DNA from: Catajapyx aquilonaris
Taxonomy: Eukaryota
Reading direction: 5' to 3'
NCBI GenBank assembly: GCA_000934665.2
Contig: KZ538097.1
Coordinates: 1-64,000 of the forward strand
DNA: 64,000 nucleotides
In this document: positions 23,707 through 35,866 of the stretch, piece after piece
Position numbering within the stretch: position 1 is the stretch's first letter
Layout: each line of letters starts with the position of its first letter
The notes under the pieces: model-generated
Told to the model about the DNA's origin: nothing
Seen by the model: only the letters and a program-made list of their open reading frames with translations
The model's database searches: none
Program-made: the position numbers and the translations under genes

Positions 23707-24161
23707 GCTTGCTTCGCGTAAAAAGCGTTAGTAATCCGTACTTCACTCCTAACCTTTGGCAAATGGTATGATATAGAGGGAGCCACCCATCTCAATGACG
23801 TAAAGTGTAAAAATGGGGTCAGGAAACCTCCGTCCCTTTCTGGTATGGTAGGTCAGCCAAGGTTTGCTGTGATTGGCTATTCACAGATGTTGACACTTTC
23901 ACTGCTATCTGCAACACTAATGAATGCTGCAAAAATCCAGTACAAATCATGGTTACTGATGGGTCAATGTACTAACATATAGTGGCCTTCACGATTTCAA
24001 AGTACAAGGCCGTAATTTTGTGAACTGCAAGGTTGACGCAAATTAGGCCATGTGACGTATATAGTGTTTCCTATTTACATTTTCTTGCTCTTAGCTTTGC
24101 TATATAAAAAAAGTGGATCGATCGTTTAAACAATGCATGAGGGTTGTGAAAGTGGCAACCG

Positions 24162-24167
24162 ATTTAT
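24162..24167 (-). terminator. Candidate polyadenylation signal of the DRAM-like gene
   Basis: AATAAA on the minus strand ~120 nt after the stop codon, followed by a T-rich tract. Confidence 0.45.
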
Positions 24168-24283
24168 TAACGCAACAGTGCATTGTGAGTACAACACATT
24201 TAACAAACAACAACCTGTTTGCAGAGAGACAAGCATGCAGTGGGAAATCCGACCAGCGGATGATTCATTTCAAATTGTCTTGT

Positions 24284-27200
24284 TTACATCAAAATGAGTC
24301 GACTTGTTTCTCCAGGTTCTAATACTACTTCTTGGTCCAAGTGAGACACCAGCGGAATGTAAATATTCTTGATCTTCATCTTCTTGAACTCCGGCGTGTA
24401 GGAAAGCATGTAGGCCATAATAGTGAATACTATGCCCCATTCTCCAACTGCACTGAGTATTAGGGACATAAAGCCCTGCAAAAAACAAACATTGAAATAT
24501 GATATTTGGCTCGTCGTCGTTTTGAGAAAAAAGTGCTAATAGGTGAATATTTTAAATCAAATATAAGGAAGTTAATTTCAACATCTGAGCGAAATATCAT
24601 TATGAGATGTATCGACAATTTACTGACACCACACTCATCCTATTATTGTGACATGTCGGGCTTATCAGACCTTAAGCGCACAGCATCATGACAAAGTTCA
24701 AATATGTTATCAAATAGCGTATTATTATGGTAGTCGATATTGCTAATTTACCTGTTTTTATTTATTTTAACAGGCAATGGCTCATTCGCAGTTAGAAATA
24801 ATATAAAGATTACCAGTGACAGGATATTTAAAGTTCCTTCATATCAGTATGCACTAAAAAGCTTTGCTCATGTTCTGTTATTACTAATAGTTTATTAATA
24901 AGGTGCTACATGGGAACTGTAAAAATTATGTATATGATGTTGGAAATGTCCGCCACCGGGTACATTCGTACAAGGTACCAGGTACAAGTACTATGGGGCT
25001 CAAATTGTTTTGGCCACTTTATCCTGGTCTTGAAGCAACTCTTCGCACAGGCCCCACGTTGAGCAGGTTTGTGTGTGTGAATGTTTGCTTCAAGATCAGG
25101 ATAAAGTGGCCACAACAATTTGAGCCCCATATATTCGTACATATTGGGGAAAATTCGTTCAAACACATAAAGGGAAAATAAGAATTGCAACCTCTGCAAT
25201 GATCCTTCAGCTGTTCCCCAGGGGTAGCACAAAAAGTTGAGCCAATATTGGACGAATGTTGGCCCAATATCTTAGATATTGGGCCAATATTGGCTCCAAT
25301 ATTGGCCCAACTTTTTGTGCTACCTGGGATCCGTTGTGCTGAACTTGTTAATCTCTTTCAGATGACCCCATAAGAACAGGATGAAATGATCAGGTCACAC
25401 GATCTAGGTGACCACAATCTATTCGAAATTATCAGGTAGGCTACTTTAAAAAGTTTTTTTCATATTTCATGCATATCTTATCCAACATGTGACACATTAG
25501 TTGCCTCATCTTGCTGGAAGTAGTCATGCGAAAGTTTGTAGATATCCAACCACTTCACAGACTTGCTAAGAATAAGCAAGTACCTACTCTCCGATTCACA
25601 TAAGTCTGAACCTTTTTGGATATACATACGCCCGAGGGGGTGAGCCGCCGCAAAATTAGTCCCCTACGGTATCTATATGGCTTTCTCGAAGAAACAATGC
25701 TGGTACATGTAATTCGAATGCCTAATTATCATGGGCAGCCCATGCGGTAGCTACAGCGCTACACAAACTGCACAGTTTGATGTGAGGAGCGGTATGGTCC
25801 GGAATGGTAGGCACTACTTTCGGGCGTATGGATATCCAAAAAGGTTCGGACTTATGTGAATCGGAGAGTATATGGGACAACTGAACATCAAACGTGAGAT
25901 GGTACTATTTTCCCCTCATGTACCTGAGAGAAATTTTCCCATCTATCGTCGCCTATAAATTGTGCCTGGGAATTGGTGTTGGATATTTTCAACATCACAA
26001 AGCAGCATAATTTTCATGAAGTAAGGCATCGTATCCATTACACAATAATATTTGCTGTTTTGAAACTCTCCAGTTATTTCACAGAAGCAAGACTGAATCA
26101 CCCTAAAAACTACAAATACAGCGGATAATTTAGTTGCTTTAGATATACATGACTAGTAGGTTGCAGCTCCATAATTCCCCATTCTATAGTCCCAAGCCAT
26201 TCACTATGCATAATCCACCGATCATTAGCATACTGCATAAGGTGCTCACAAAATAAAATAATAAACTCATCATGCCATCAGGAGCTTAGTGACGCAAATG
26301 TCTACATGCGAAAAAAAAAAAAAACTCACATCATCCATAGGTTCTCGTAGTAACATATCGTGCTCCTGCGATTTCCACCTCTGACGCCCAATGATACCCA
26401 TGAGATGTGCTGTACGATTTATGTCAAGTCCAATATTATTAACCCTCACAACAATGTTAGGATATGGATATGCTCCATTTGCATATACACACACAAAAAG
26501 TGTACAAAGACAAAAGGATACTCAGAACCAGAAAAGCCACCCCCATCAAGGTAAATAGGAGACGAATCCTACAAATGGCCAGGCCATTGAACTCGGGATG
26601 CATGATGTAAGAGACAATTGTTTGCAGAACCATGTAGAAGAGGCCTCCCCACAAGCACGTCACAGCGCCAATCGTATGCGCCAAACGAATTGAGGACATC
26701 TTGAATAGGCCAAATTGTAACATGTGGAGAGAAGGGTAATTACACAACTTCCTAGGGCTGTACGAATTGGTCATGCATTATGCAGAACTATAAACTTACG
26801 GGGTAAACAGCAACTAGAAGCATGCCAATACAGGACACCATTCCCACAATTAAGGCCACTTGGTTGAAGTATGTAATACTCGATCGGGAATATTTAGTGA
26901 GAGTGAACACCAGCCGGAATCGGATGAATATCACGGAGGCACCTGATTTTTAACAAAAAAATTGCGGTTAATATTGAGGAGGTTTTACAGGCCCTGAATG
27001 TGAATGAACATGTAGCGTATGTCATGTCATTTGGTGTTGCCGACACTGGGCAGAAACATTTTGGATAGCAACAAGAGTGCACCTCCGTGCCATCTAGTAA
27101 GATGCAAGATTTATCAAGCTGTATTGACCAGTGGAACATTCCTGACATCTGCAGGAACTAATTTAGAGCTGGTGAAACAAACGTAATATCTGGTCCGTTC

Positions 27201-30200
27201 CAAGTGTTAGAAAATCGCAATTTTTATCTTTTTAAAGGATATATGGTGCATGTGTACTTACATGTGAAGGATGTAATTGTGAGAGTCAGAGAGAAAAAGC
27301 CGGCTTCTGGAAAATTGGTCCCTGTTTCGCTGAAACAGAGACAATATCTTAATGGACCTTGTACCAATAAGTCATACCAGGAGCTCATAACAAGTTAAAC
27401 TGTACGTCCCTGGTCATACACATAAACAAGATGTTTCAAAACAGATCAGGGTGGTACTTTAGTCGCAGTTATCTACAATATTAAAATACTTGTTAAAATT
27501 TAAGTTCTACCAACAAGCAGTTTGGCCTGTAACATAAAGCTGCTGAAATATTTCCAGACAAACATTGAAGGTAAACAAAGAAAATGGATCTCTTCAGTTC
27601 AACTACCTGTACTGTTTTGATAGTACCGAAACGTTCTTATAACAACATTGAATGACCCTCATAATAAAACAGTAATTTTAGTACAAACATGCTCGTGCCT
27701 TTGCTTAAAATTCAATAGGCAGTAGATTACCACCTAGGCAGCATAGTGACACAATGTATGAATAGTACTGACATCACAATGGGCAACAAGTCAAATCCAT
27801 CAAAGTATTGTAATTAATAATAATTAACTGCATGTAAGTCTGAAATGGTTTTACAAATCAGGTCCTACTGTTGTAACAAAACTTGTCAGAGCTCATCTTC
27901 CTCATGATTAAGATTCAGAAGTAGTTTTCATATGACGGAAAAGTCCGCACCATCATGATACATTAATTTGAAACCGATAATACAGTATGTACTGATGATG
28001 ATTGACACGCAATTTTTCACTTTTGGAATTGGGCCCTTGTTCTATTGGAAAATGAGATGGACGGTGGGCCATTGCTTCATTAAACATGGACTGAATTTTA
28101 AACGCGAGAATACATGAACAACTTTGTGCCAGTCCATTGTTTTCAGCGCTGGTCATGCCAATTCAATGTCACTCTTCTCAACTGAAACCCGACAGATATG
28201 ATCAGTGGGAATTTTAGAATTAGTCACATTTGTCTGCAGCAGAGATTGCAGCTGTAATGTTGATAGTTTCATCATAATATCGGAGGTCAGTAAATTCGGT
28301 TTGAGAAACTGCCAGGCTGTACGCAGAATTCTACCACATGAGCTGACACAATAAAGAGCTTGTATTCGCGTATCATAGAATTCTGCAGACATGGGAGGGT
28401 AAATGGAACTTTTAATATGATTACCAGAATAGCTGGCAAAGATTAAGCACATCAACTGTTACTCTCCTAAATGTACTTTCTGTTTTTTAAAAATGTTTCA
28501 GCCAAACGTATAGTGGCATTATGCAGTTGCCAACATAATTTAAATGTTTTTTTTCTTATAATTTTTTTCATTTACAACAAAACAAGGGCCCAGCCCCATT
28601 TCCAATAGAATGAGGGTTCAACCATCTAAATTCAAAATTGCTTGTCATGCAGCATCTGCACATCCTATTGGTGTAAAATAATGTTATATCATGATGGCTC
28701 GGCTCTTCTGGTTACTGAAAAACTACTGCTGTATGTGTGGTTTAAAATATTTTTAAAATTGACATTTTTTTTCTTACACCCCCACCTGTTTTTCAGTCTG
28801 GAGTTGAACCCTTAATTTGTTGGGCTAGTGCGCTAGTCAATATATTTGACTGACTGGTTCCCTTCTGGTACAGTACCGGTACCTTGCAGATGTAAGTTGG
28901 TGCTCTTCTGTTGGATAAGAATGTACTTTTTTTTGCATATACTGTACACCTTTCAGAACAGAAAAAATAACACTATGTCTATCTCTTCAGACACAATTTT
29001 ATATTAGGTGGAATTTTCGTCCCACTACTAGTTCTTAGCAGTACCAGTGTTGGCAGTGATACTGCTAAGTTAGCAGCAACTACTAGTATAGTGGAACGAA
29101 AATTCCACCCAATATAATATTGTGTCTGAAGAGATAGACATAGTGTTATTTTCACTGTTCTGAAAGGTATACAGTGTGTGCAAAAAAGGACTCGGTGCAA
29201 ATAAGCAAGGAAGCGATGTATTTGAAATAGCCACGACGTTATTATGATGGCAACCAAAAATACCTTTAAAGTGCACTCCTAAATTGTTCCTTTAAAAGGA
29301 ATTGCTGACGACACTGGTCTGGTGAAAGCCGTAACTTAGTTGATTAAATCCGTAAAAATAGGATTTAGGAACTTCCTGTTTATCCTTTTTTAATTCAGTG
29401 GCCTTTGAAGATTTGTCTCAGACAGAACCAACTTGAGGCTTATAAAGGATGTATTGGAAAAGCTCTCCAAACATTTATATGTAACAGTGAGGTAACCTGT
29501 GGAGCCTAGCGATTTCAGTATTTACGAATCAGAAGATGAGATTTTTTGTAGATCCTGTCACTGTAATGTATCTTTTTATCATATTTTAAAGACTTAAACA
29601 AATTGTTTTGATGTGTAATTCTTCGCTTAATAATAAGAGTGGAAGGGAAGTTCATTCCCTTTCATTATTTTACACAGGTAAATTACATAACTCAAAACGT
29701 TAAAAATTCTGCTGTTTAGTAGGGTAATGTGGTGGGTATTTCTCTCCAATTTCCTTACTTTATGGCCCTCTCATTGTTGTCAGGAAATTCTTAATCGAAA
29801 GAAAACTTTTTGGGATCGCCAAAATGACCCTTGGTGAAATTGCTTTCTCATTCATTTTGCAGGTTACTGAAAGGATAAAATTTTGGTATGAATATTTATG
29901 GCTCTGGGGAAAATTCACGATGCTTGGGTGTCAGACGATAAGGAGTAAAACTGCCTCCTGCAACTGTGAAGCTTTTCCTCAAAGAGACAGCAATTTTGTT
30001 GCCTTTTCTGTTGGCCTGTCTTGAATACACTGTACTGTGTAATAACATATGAGATAGGGACATTCATGAATTGGAAATATTTTGTTGCTATATGTAATCA
30101 CTACAGGCAGTAATATTATCACCTAATATCCTGCTCCCTAGGCAACCACTAGAGTCAATGTGGGTTGTCATCTGTGTCTAGGCTCTAGGCCTAGGGAAAG

Positions 30201-32111
30201 GCAAATGCTCATCGTCGACATTTCTCACCCCTACATTTAAGACTTGTTTTGAACCAGAATAGGCGTTAGCAAACTCATTCTATTTAGGCCTATATAGTGA
30301 ACACTAACATAAAGGAATTTTATTTTACATTTATAAACTGTTTTATTCGATCGTACAGCTATTGGGAACTAGAAAAGGTGACTCATTAACTCTAGTTAAG
30401 CAAATGTCATTTCGATGATCGAATATTCATTATGCGCCAATGTTAAAACATTCATTCACTTAATCTCGAAAGTAACTTTTAACATTTTTGTGTACGAAGA
30501 GTGGGTAACAGAATTTACACACTGTGACATTTGTGTTAAAGGAATAACAGCTTTGTTCCTGATATGGATTAGGAGGCTGCCGCCTCATTTTCCCGGTTTG
30601 ATGCTAATGTTACAGTGATTGTAGGCTACGGCTTCAGGCAAGGTCCCTCGACACATTTTTTTGTAAAGCGTGGAGGTTAATAAAGTTTATTGATTGGCCT
30701 TCCTGGTTCTGAAAAGTAAACCGTGCCTTATACTGTCGTCACAGGGAAGAATTTTTCCGCCTATCGTATTATAGCAGAAATTAACTTAACCACATACATA
30801 CGCTGTGAGTTAAAAGCTATGTTGGTCCCTCTCTAAAGCCTAATCCAAATCCAAAGTCGGAGATAAGTTTCTAAAAATAAAGTACTAAAGTCATTGCCTG
30901 AATATTTCCACCATGTTCCTGGATACTTCTATAGGCTATAGGAGGTGTTCCTCTGACCATGTTGACTATCCGAAGAGGAAAGGCGTGGAAAAATATTGAT
31001 AGATTAGTCACTCTTGGTTCACATTCGAACTCTGTCCAAACTCGACACAAGGGTCTTCATGTACCTTTTTCTATTCCGCCTATTTTGTTTACATCACCGA
31101 AGATGGCTAATTCATAACTCTTCCCCACCTCCCATCTACAGATCGCTAACTTGGGCACACGAACACCCTGTACTTTTCACACTTCATAATTTTAAAGTTT
31201 GAAGATACCGGTACTGTACATTTATAATATGAAACGTTGAAAACGAATGGCTCCAAATTCCGAAGTGCTTCTTAATTGGGTCTCGGCACTGTTTACTGGC
31301 AAATCAGGATGTTTTTAAAGCATGTTGTTATTGAGAGTCTATGCGCTTTAAAAACAGCACAAATGGCATTTAATATTCGCAACCTGACGTTGAAAATCTG
31401 GAGGGGACAATACATTTTGTCCTCGTCACAAATTATTTTTCTAACAAATAAAATATTGTTTTTAACTTATTAGTTTGCACCTATGCTTCTCTAATGTGAC
31501 ATTTCCCCACCACTCTCCTATGCAAATGAACTTCGCTCAATCAACCATACCCCCCTCTTCACTATTGTGGAAGATCCCACCAAGGTCGGATGATCTTCTC
31601 AAATCGACAACTTACGGCATGCATATTTAATACCCTCATATTTTTTGTTGGAAAACCATCCGCCTAGTAAAATGCCAAGGCACTAACACCCTGATCGATC
31701 CAGCATTATATTACACCATACACATCAGAGTCATCATACATTTGGATCTTTAAAAAATCTCAAAATAAAAAATCCAGGGAAAGTCATCTAAAAAGGTGCA
31801 CCTGATTTCCGAAGCCTAGAAAATGAACCAGGTAACTCAGCATCAGCCCCGAACCTTGATTCCACCCACGTTTTTCATCAATCAGAGTGTGGAAATGGAC
31901 AGCTCAGCACGCAATTTTGAACCTCTGCAGCACTCTCTCTAGCTCTCTCAACAAAAGCCTTAGAGAGAACCGGTCCCAGCTATTTAACTCACCTAATATA
32001 GGGCAAGTAGGGCGACACATGACCTTCCAGCACGGCCCAGACGTAAGTCCCACATGTACACAATGCTCCAAAAAAGACGAAGCATATAGGGAATAGGTGG
32101 ACATCACACAT
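24284..32111 (-). CDS. DRAM: DNA damage-regulated autophagy modulator-like membrane protein (Frag1/DRAM/Sfk1 family), 259 aa
   Basis: Exons (minus) 32111-31993, 27329-27262, 26942-26800, 26699-26522, 26409-26330, 24475-24284; GT-AG and phase-consistent, total 780 nt. Family motifs YVWAVLEGHVSPYLPYISETG..PEAGFF, IFIRF, AHTIGA, QTIVSY, SAVGEW, YTPEF. Confidence 0.9.
24992..25131. mobile_element. Small fold-back MITE
   Basis: ~45-bp inverted arms TATGGGGCTCAAATTGTTTTGGCCACTTTATCCTG... / ...CAGGATAAAGTGGCCACAACAATTTGAGCCCCATA. Confidence 0.8.
25217..25328. mobile_element. Small MITE with CCCAG...CTGGG termini
   Basis: Arms CCCAGG(GG)TAGCACAAAAAGTTG / CAACTTTTTGTGCTACCTGGG; interior of CCAATATTGG palindromic repeats. 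Confidence 0.75.
25587..25868. mobile_element. Tc1/mariner-type MITE with TA TSD
   Basis: ~45-bp TIRs CTCTCCGATTCACATAAGTCTGAACCTTTTTGGATAT... / ...ATATCCAAAAAGGTTCGGACTTATGTGAATCGGAGAG, TA on both sides. Confidence 0.9.
28929..29187. repeat. Long fold-back inverted repeat (probably the interior of a DNA transposon)
   Basis: ~90-bp arms, e.g. AATAACACTATGTCTATCTCTTCAGACACAAT / ATTGTGTCTGAAGAGATAGACATAGTGTTATT, with a nested hairpin CTTAGCAGTA...TACTGCTAAG in the spacer. Confidence 0.85.
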
Positions 32112-35100
32112 GATGGCTGGAGATGACCGAGATGATGGCCTGGATGGAGAACAAGGCTCTGATGGTGGAGAAAAATAGGGGATGGTCAGAAACTAAACTG
32201 GCTAGGTTATTATGGCTGTTGGTGATATGCTGTAGATATAGATTTTCACTCCTCGCTTGATGGTGTGGGAAGGGAAAAAGCCACGTGATTATCTCCCACA
32301 GGCGTCGTAGATTACCGAAGAGGGGGGGGGGGTATTTGTCCAACCAGTTATTTACGAATTGCGGTGCGCGCTCTTGACCCGATGACCCGGCCCAATTGAA
32401 AACAACAACCAAAAGTGTTCATTCTTGCGTAGTCTTTTCAGATGGTTTTCATTCATAGACGTAAGTTAGGTCGCTGCCCTCGGGAGATAAATTGTTGAAT
32501 GTTTTAGATAATAATGGAATCGGGCAATATTTGCTTATTGGACGTACAGTATTGTATGAAAGGGGGGGAAAATGCGGATATATTTACGTAACTGACGGCT
32601 ACAGTGATGGGGTAAGTTAAACTACGAACGTTGTGCCTGGCGCAAAGTGCATAATGCAAATAAAATTAAATGAAGCGTAGCACAGTATACGAACTTGTGT
32701 ACCACAAAATCTTGGTGAACATAGTTCATCCAGAAGAGAAAAGCCACCGAACCGCCATTGTTGTTGCGGAAGAATTTCTCCTCGTCCGGATACCACCAAA
32801 CTCCCGAACTTCTCATAACACTGCCATAACGTCTTAATTCAAACTGTTTTATCACGGCGTCTTCGATAAATACCATGTGACTTTAAGGCGACTCCTGCTG
32901 ATGTACTATCACTGGACATGCTTGCCGACCATATTTTTTCGTTTGCAAGGTCTTTTTCCACAATGCGTTCTTTTCTGTCATGTGATAATGATTTTTAGTT
33001 TTATTCAGAGATAACTTTTTTCCCTATCTCTGGCACAAGTGGGTGCAAAGGTCATAGATTGAAGCGCAGTACTATTGCACTCGGCATTAAATATTGTACT
33101 TTTTTTTCCACCCACCATAACCCTGTAATACATGCTGTACATCAATACCGCACTGCATAAAAGCAAACAGCCTTTCCAAGGAATAAATGCCCATAAGCGT
33201 ACAAAGTTTTGTAATTAAATACACCACATCGAGGCTGTGTACTTTTCTACATGACACTGTGTGAAATCCAAACAGAAATACTTACAATGAGCGTGTTTGG
33301 TTTTGCCCGCATATCCCTCAAAATTATCCGCATCAAAGTCCTGCGCCTCTATGTCCTGTGGGCTAATTCTCTGTTATCGTAACGGACTTTGATCGGGAAT
33401 GGCTCCCAGTTTAAAATGAGATAATACAAGCTTTTCCTTTTTGAGGGAATGATTACCGGATTGCATTGACTATTTCAACGCTTACGGTATGTACTGTATA
33501 ATAAGAGCGACATATTCTAACATACTCGTATGCTGGGGTAATACCAGCATTCTCTGGGTTTCATGGTGCGTAATGAGAAGTGCGTGCATGGCCAGAAGCT
33601 CTGAGCTAGATTTGGTCGATATTCCACTAGAAGGAAGGAATGGACGCAAACTGAATGCGAATGAGCTGGATTGCTCGCTTCTACAACGGTGTAACAAAGT
33701 GTTACTGTATAGCATTCCGTGCAACCCTTTGTTCTGACTGCGGATGATGCTTTACTTTTTCATTAAATTGCTGCGGTATGCCAGTCCTACCGTTGCACTA
33801 CGTTAACTACAATTTAATGATCTTTCAGGGTGGCAGTGATGAACTGTTTTGCTCTAAACAGCTCAAAAAATTTCGGGTAAACTGCTACCTGCTTTTATTA
33901 GGATTAAGCTCTTTGTTTCGTACCGGCCTGGAAGTTATACGGGTTATTGATTATTGAATAGGCAGATGCTTTCTTTGTTTTGATTGTTTCCAGAATTTTA
34001 ATACCATTACTACTGCCGTCATGCTTTAAATAATTATTGTATGCTACGTATTTAATATTATGGAGAGTTATGCGCGCATTGAATTGAATGCGTTACCTGG
34101 TGTGGAGAATTTTCCATGTGCATATGTAGTCAAACTCATTGTATTTTCACTGAGCTTTTAAGTTAACGTTTGCATCGATGCCATTACATTGTTTTATTTA
34201 TAAGGTTGCTATTGTCAAGGTCTTTGTACAGTACATTCTGATGGTGTATGTTCTACTTATCTTACAGGTAACTTACACATTAACTATGTTTACGTTATCA
34301 TGCTAAATTTTGGAAAGAACCGCCTATTTCCTGAAAATCAATAGCAAGAAAAATGAAGTTACTACATACACAAGCGGGTAAACCATTAATAATTGACACT
34401 CTCATGAATAATTTCGAATCGCTTCAGAGCATCGTTTGTTGCTACCTCAGTCAGTGCACATGCATATCATTGATTCTCGTCCCTTATTTACAAACCCTTC
34501 AGTGACCTACCCAGTTTCAATCATGGTCCCCCATTGTTGTTTCTCATAATCGCTACAACCCCCCCCCCCTCCCACCAAGAAAAAAAAAAACCTTGGGCGT
34601 TATACTTATTACTATTATTGTGAACCCCCAGTTGTTGGGAATTCCGATTGACTGTTCCAGTCAATCGGAATTCCCAACAACAAATCCAAAAGAAACATTC
34701 GCAATCTCTCCACACCTTACTCCTCCGATTTGCTGAAGAGTCACTCTAGCCTGACTAGTCCCACCAGTCCCACGCCCGTCTCCTAACATCCTCAAGACAT
34801 TTTTTTTTTTTTTTTTGCATATCTATAATGAATAGGTGTCTGCCAAGCCAAATCCTGTTCTTCCTCTCTAGGAAAGCATGGGATAGAAATGAATCCGGGA
34901 GATGGCAGCACGATGAAGTTCGGCGTGGGTAGGTGCAGCCGACTTCCAGTCGCGAGTGTTTGCGGGCCCATGACGAGAGAGCCCATGTTCCGCACAGCTG
35001 GCTACATTTCGACCCATTAAAAAGAGGGCCACGGGGTTCTTCCTGGGGACCGGCATGGAGGGCACGTCGTCCCAGGAAGACACGTGTGGAGACACACACA

Positions 35101-35756
35101 CTGTTACTCTAGTACTCACCAACGGTGAGTACCCCGCTTTTTTTTGAGTTTTTTTCATTTGGTACCACCCGACCTTCACTCGCTCTTTTTTTTTTTTTTC
35201 CTCGCTACATCTTCGGGGTGTAGAGTTAGAATATTCGCCCTCTGCACTGTTCTATTCAACCGGCACGTTGTGTGCCACACCTCGACCTTACTTCGTATGT
35301 GTGAGTGTGAGGGGGTGGAGTATACTCAAATGTTTTCTCCACCTGTTGTGATTGGAGTATTATGTAGGTGAGGCCAAAAGTTGCGCTGTTCAACTTTTGC
35401 CAAGTTGGGTGACGTAACGGATAGTTTGTATGTAGGAAAAAAATTGCGGGTTGAGAGTGACAGCGAACGGAGTTTTTATCTGGGTACAAATTAAAGGAGT
35501 CGATATTATTATGGTGTCAAAAGGTCTTTTGACATGTGACTGAATAGAGTTGTTTTGGCACAAAGTTTATCGGGTGGTAATGGAAATTACATTGAAAGGA
35601 CGGACCTGTTAGGTAAATATTGTGGTTCATGCGTACATGCTGGTCAAATGAGAGTGCAACATTTTACAGTAGGTGGCTGTGTTTATAAAAGTATGCGGAA
35701 TATTGTATCAACTGTGAACACTTTAGGTTACCTGTCTATTTGGATTTGTCTTAGGG

Positions 35757-35866
35757 CAGGTTTCACCGAGCTCGGTATATGATAAAACCAGGTTTCTTTT
35801 GGAAAATGTAGGGATTTTTTTGAAAGAAACCTGGTTTTATCATATACTGAGCTCGGTGAAAGTCTG
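35757..35866. repeat. Short fold-back (MITE-like)
   Basis: TTTCACCGAGCTCGGTATATGATAAAACCAGGTTTCTTT / AAAGAAACCTGGTTTTATCATATACTGAGCTCGGTGAAA, 1 mismatch. Confidence 0.8.

Noticed and set aside
29305..29335. CTGACGA...GAAA hammerhead-like core
   Set aside because: Stem II closing pair and stem III do not form; at best a dead relic.
34733..34760. CTGAAGA-GTCA...TGAC-TAGTC hammerhead-like sequence
   Set aside because: The essential GAAA is absent and there is no stem I pairing.
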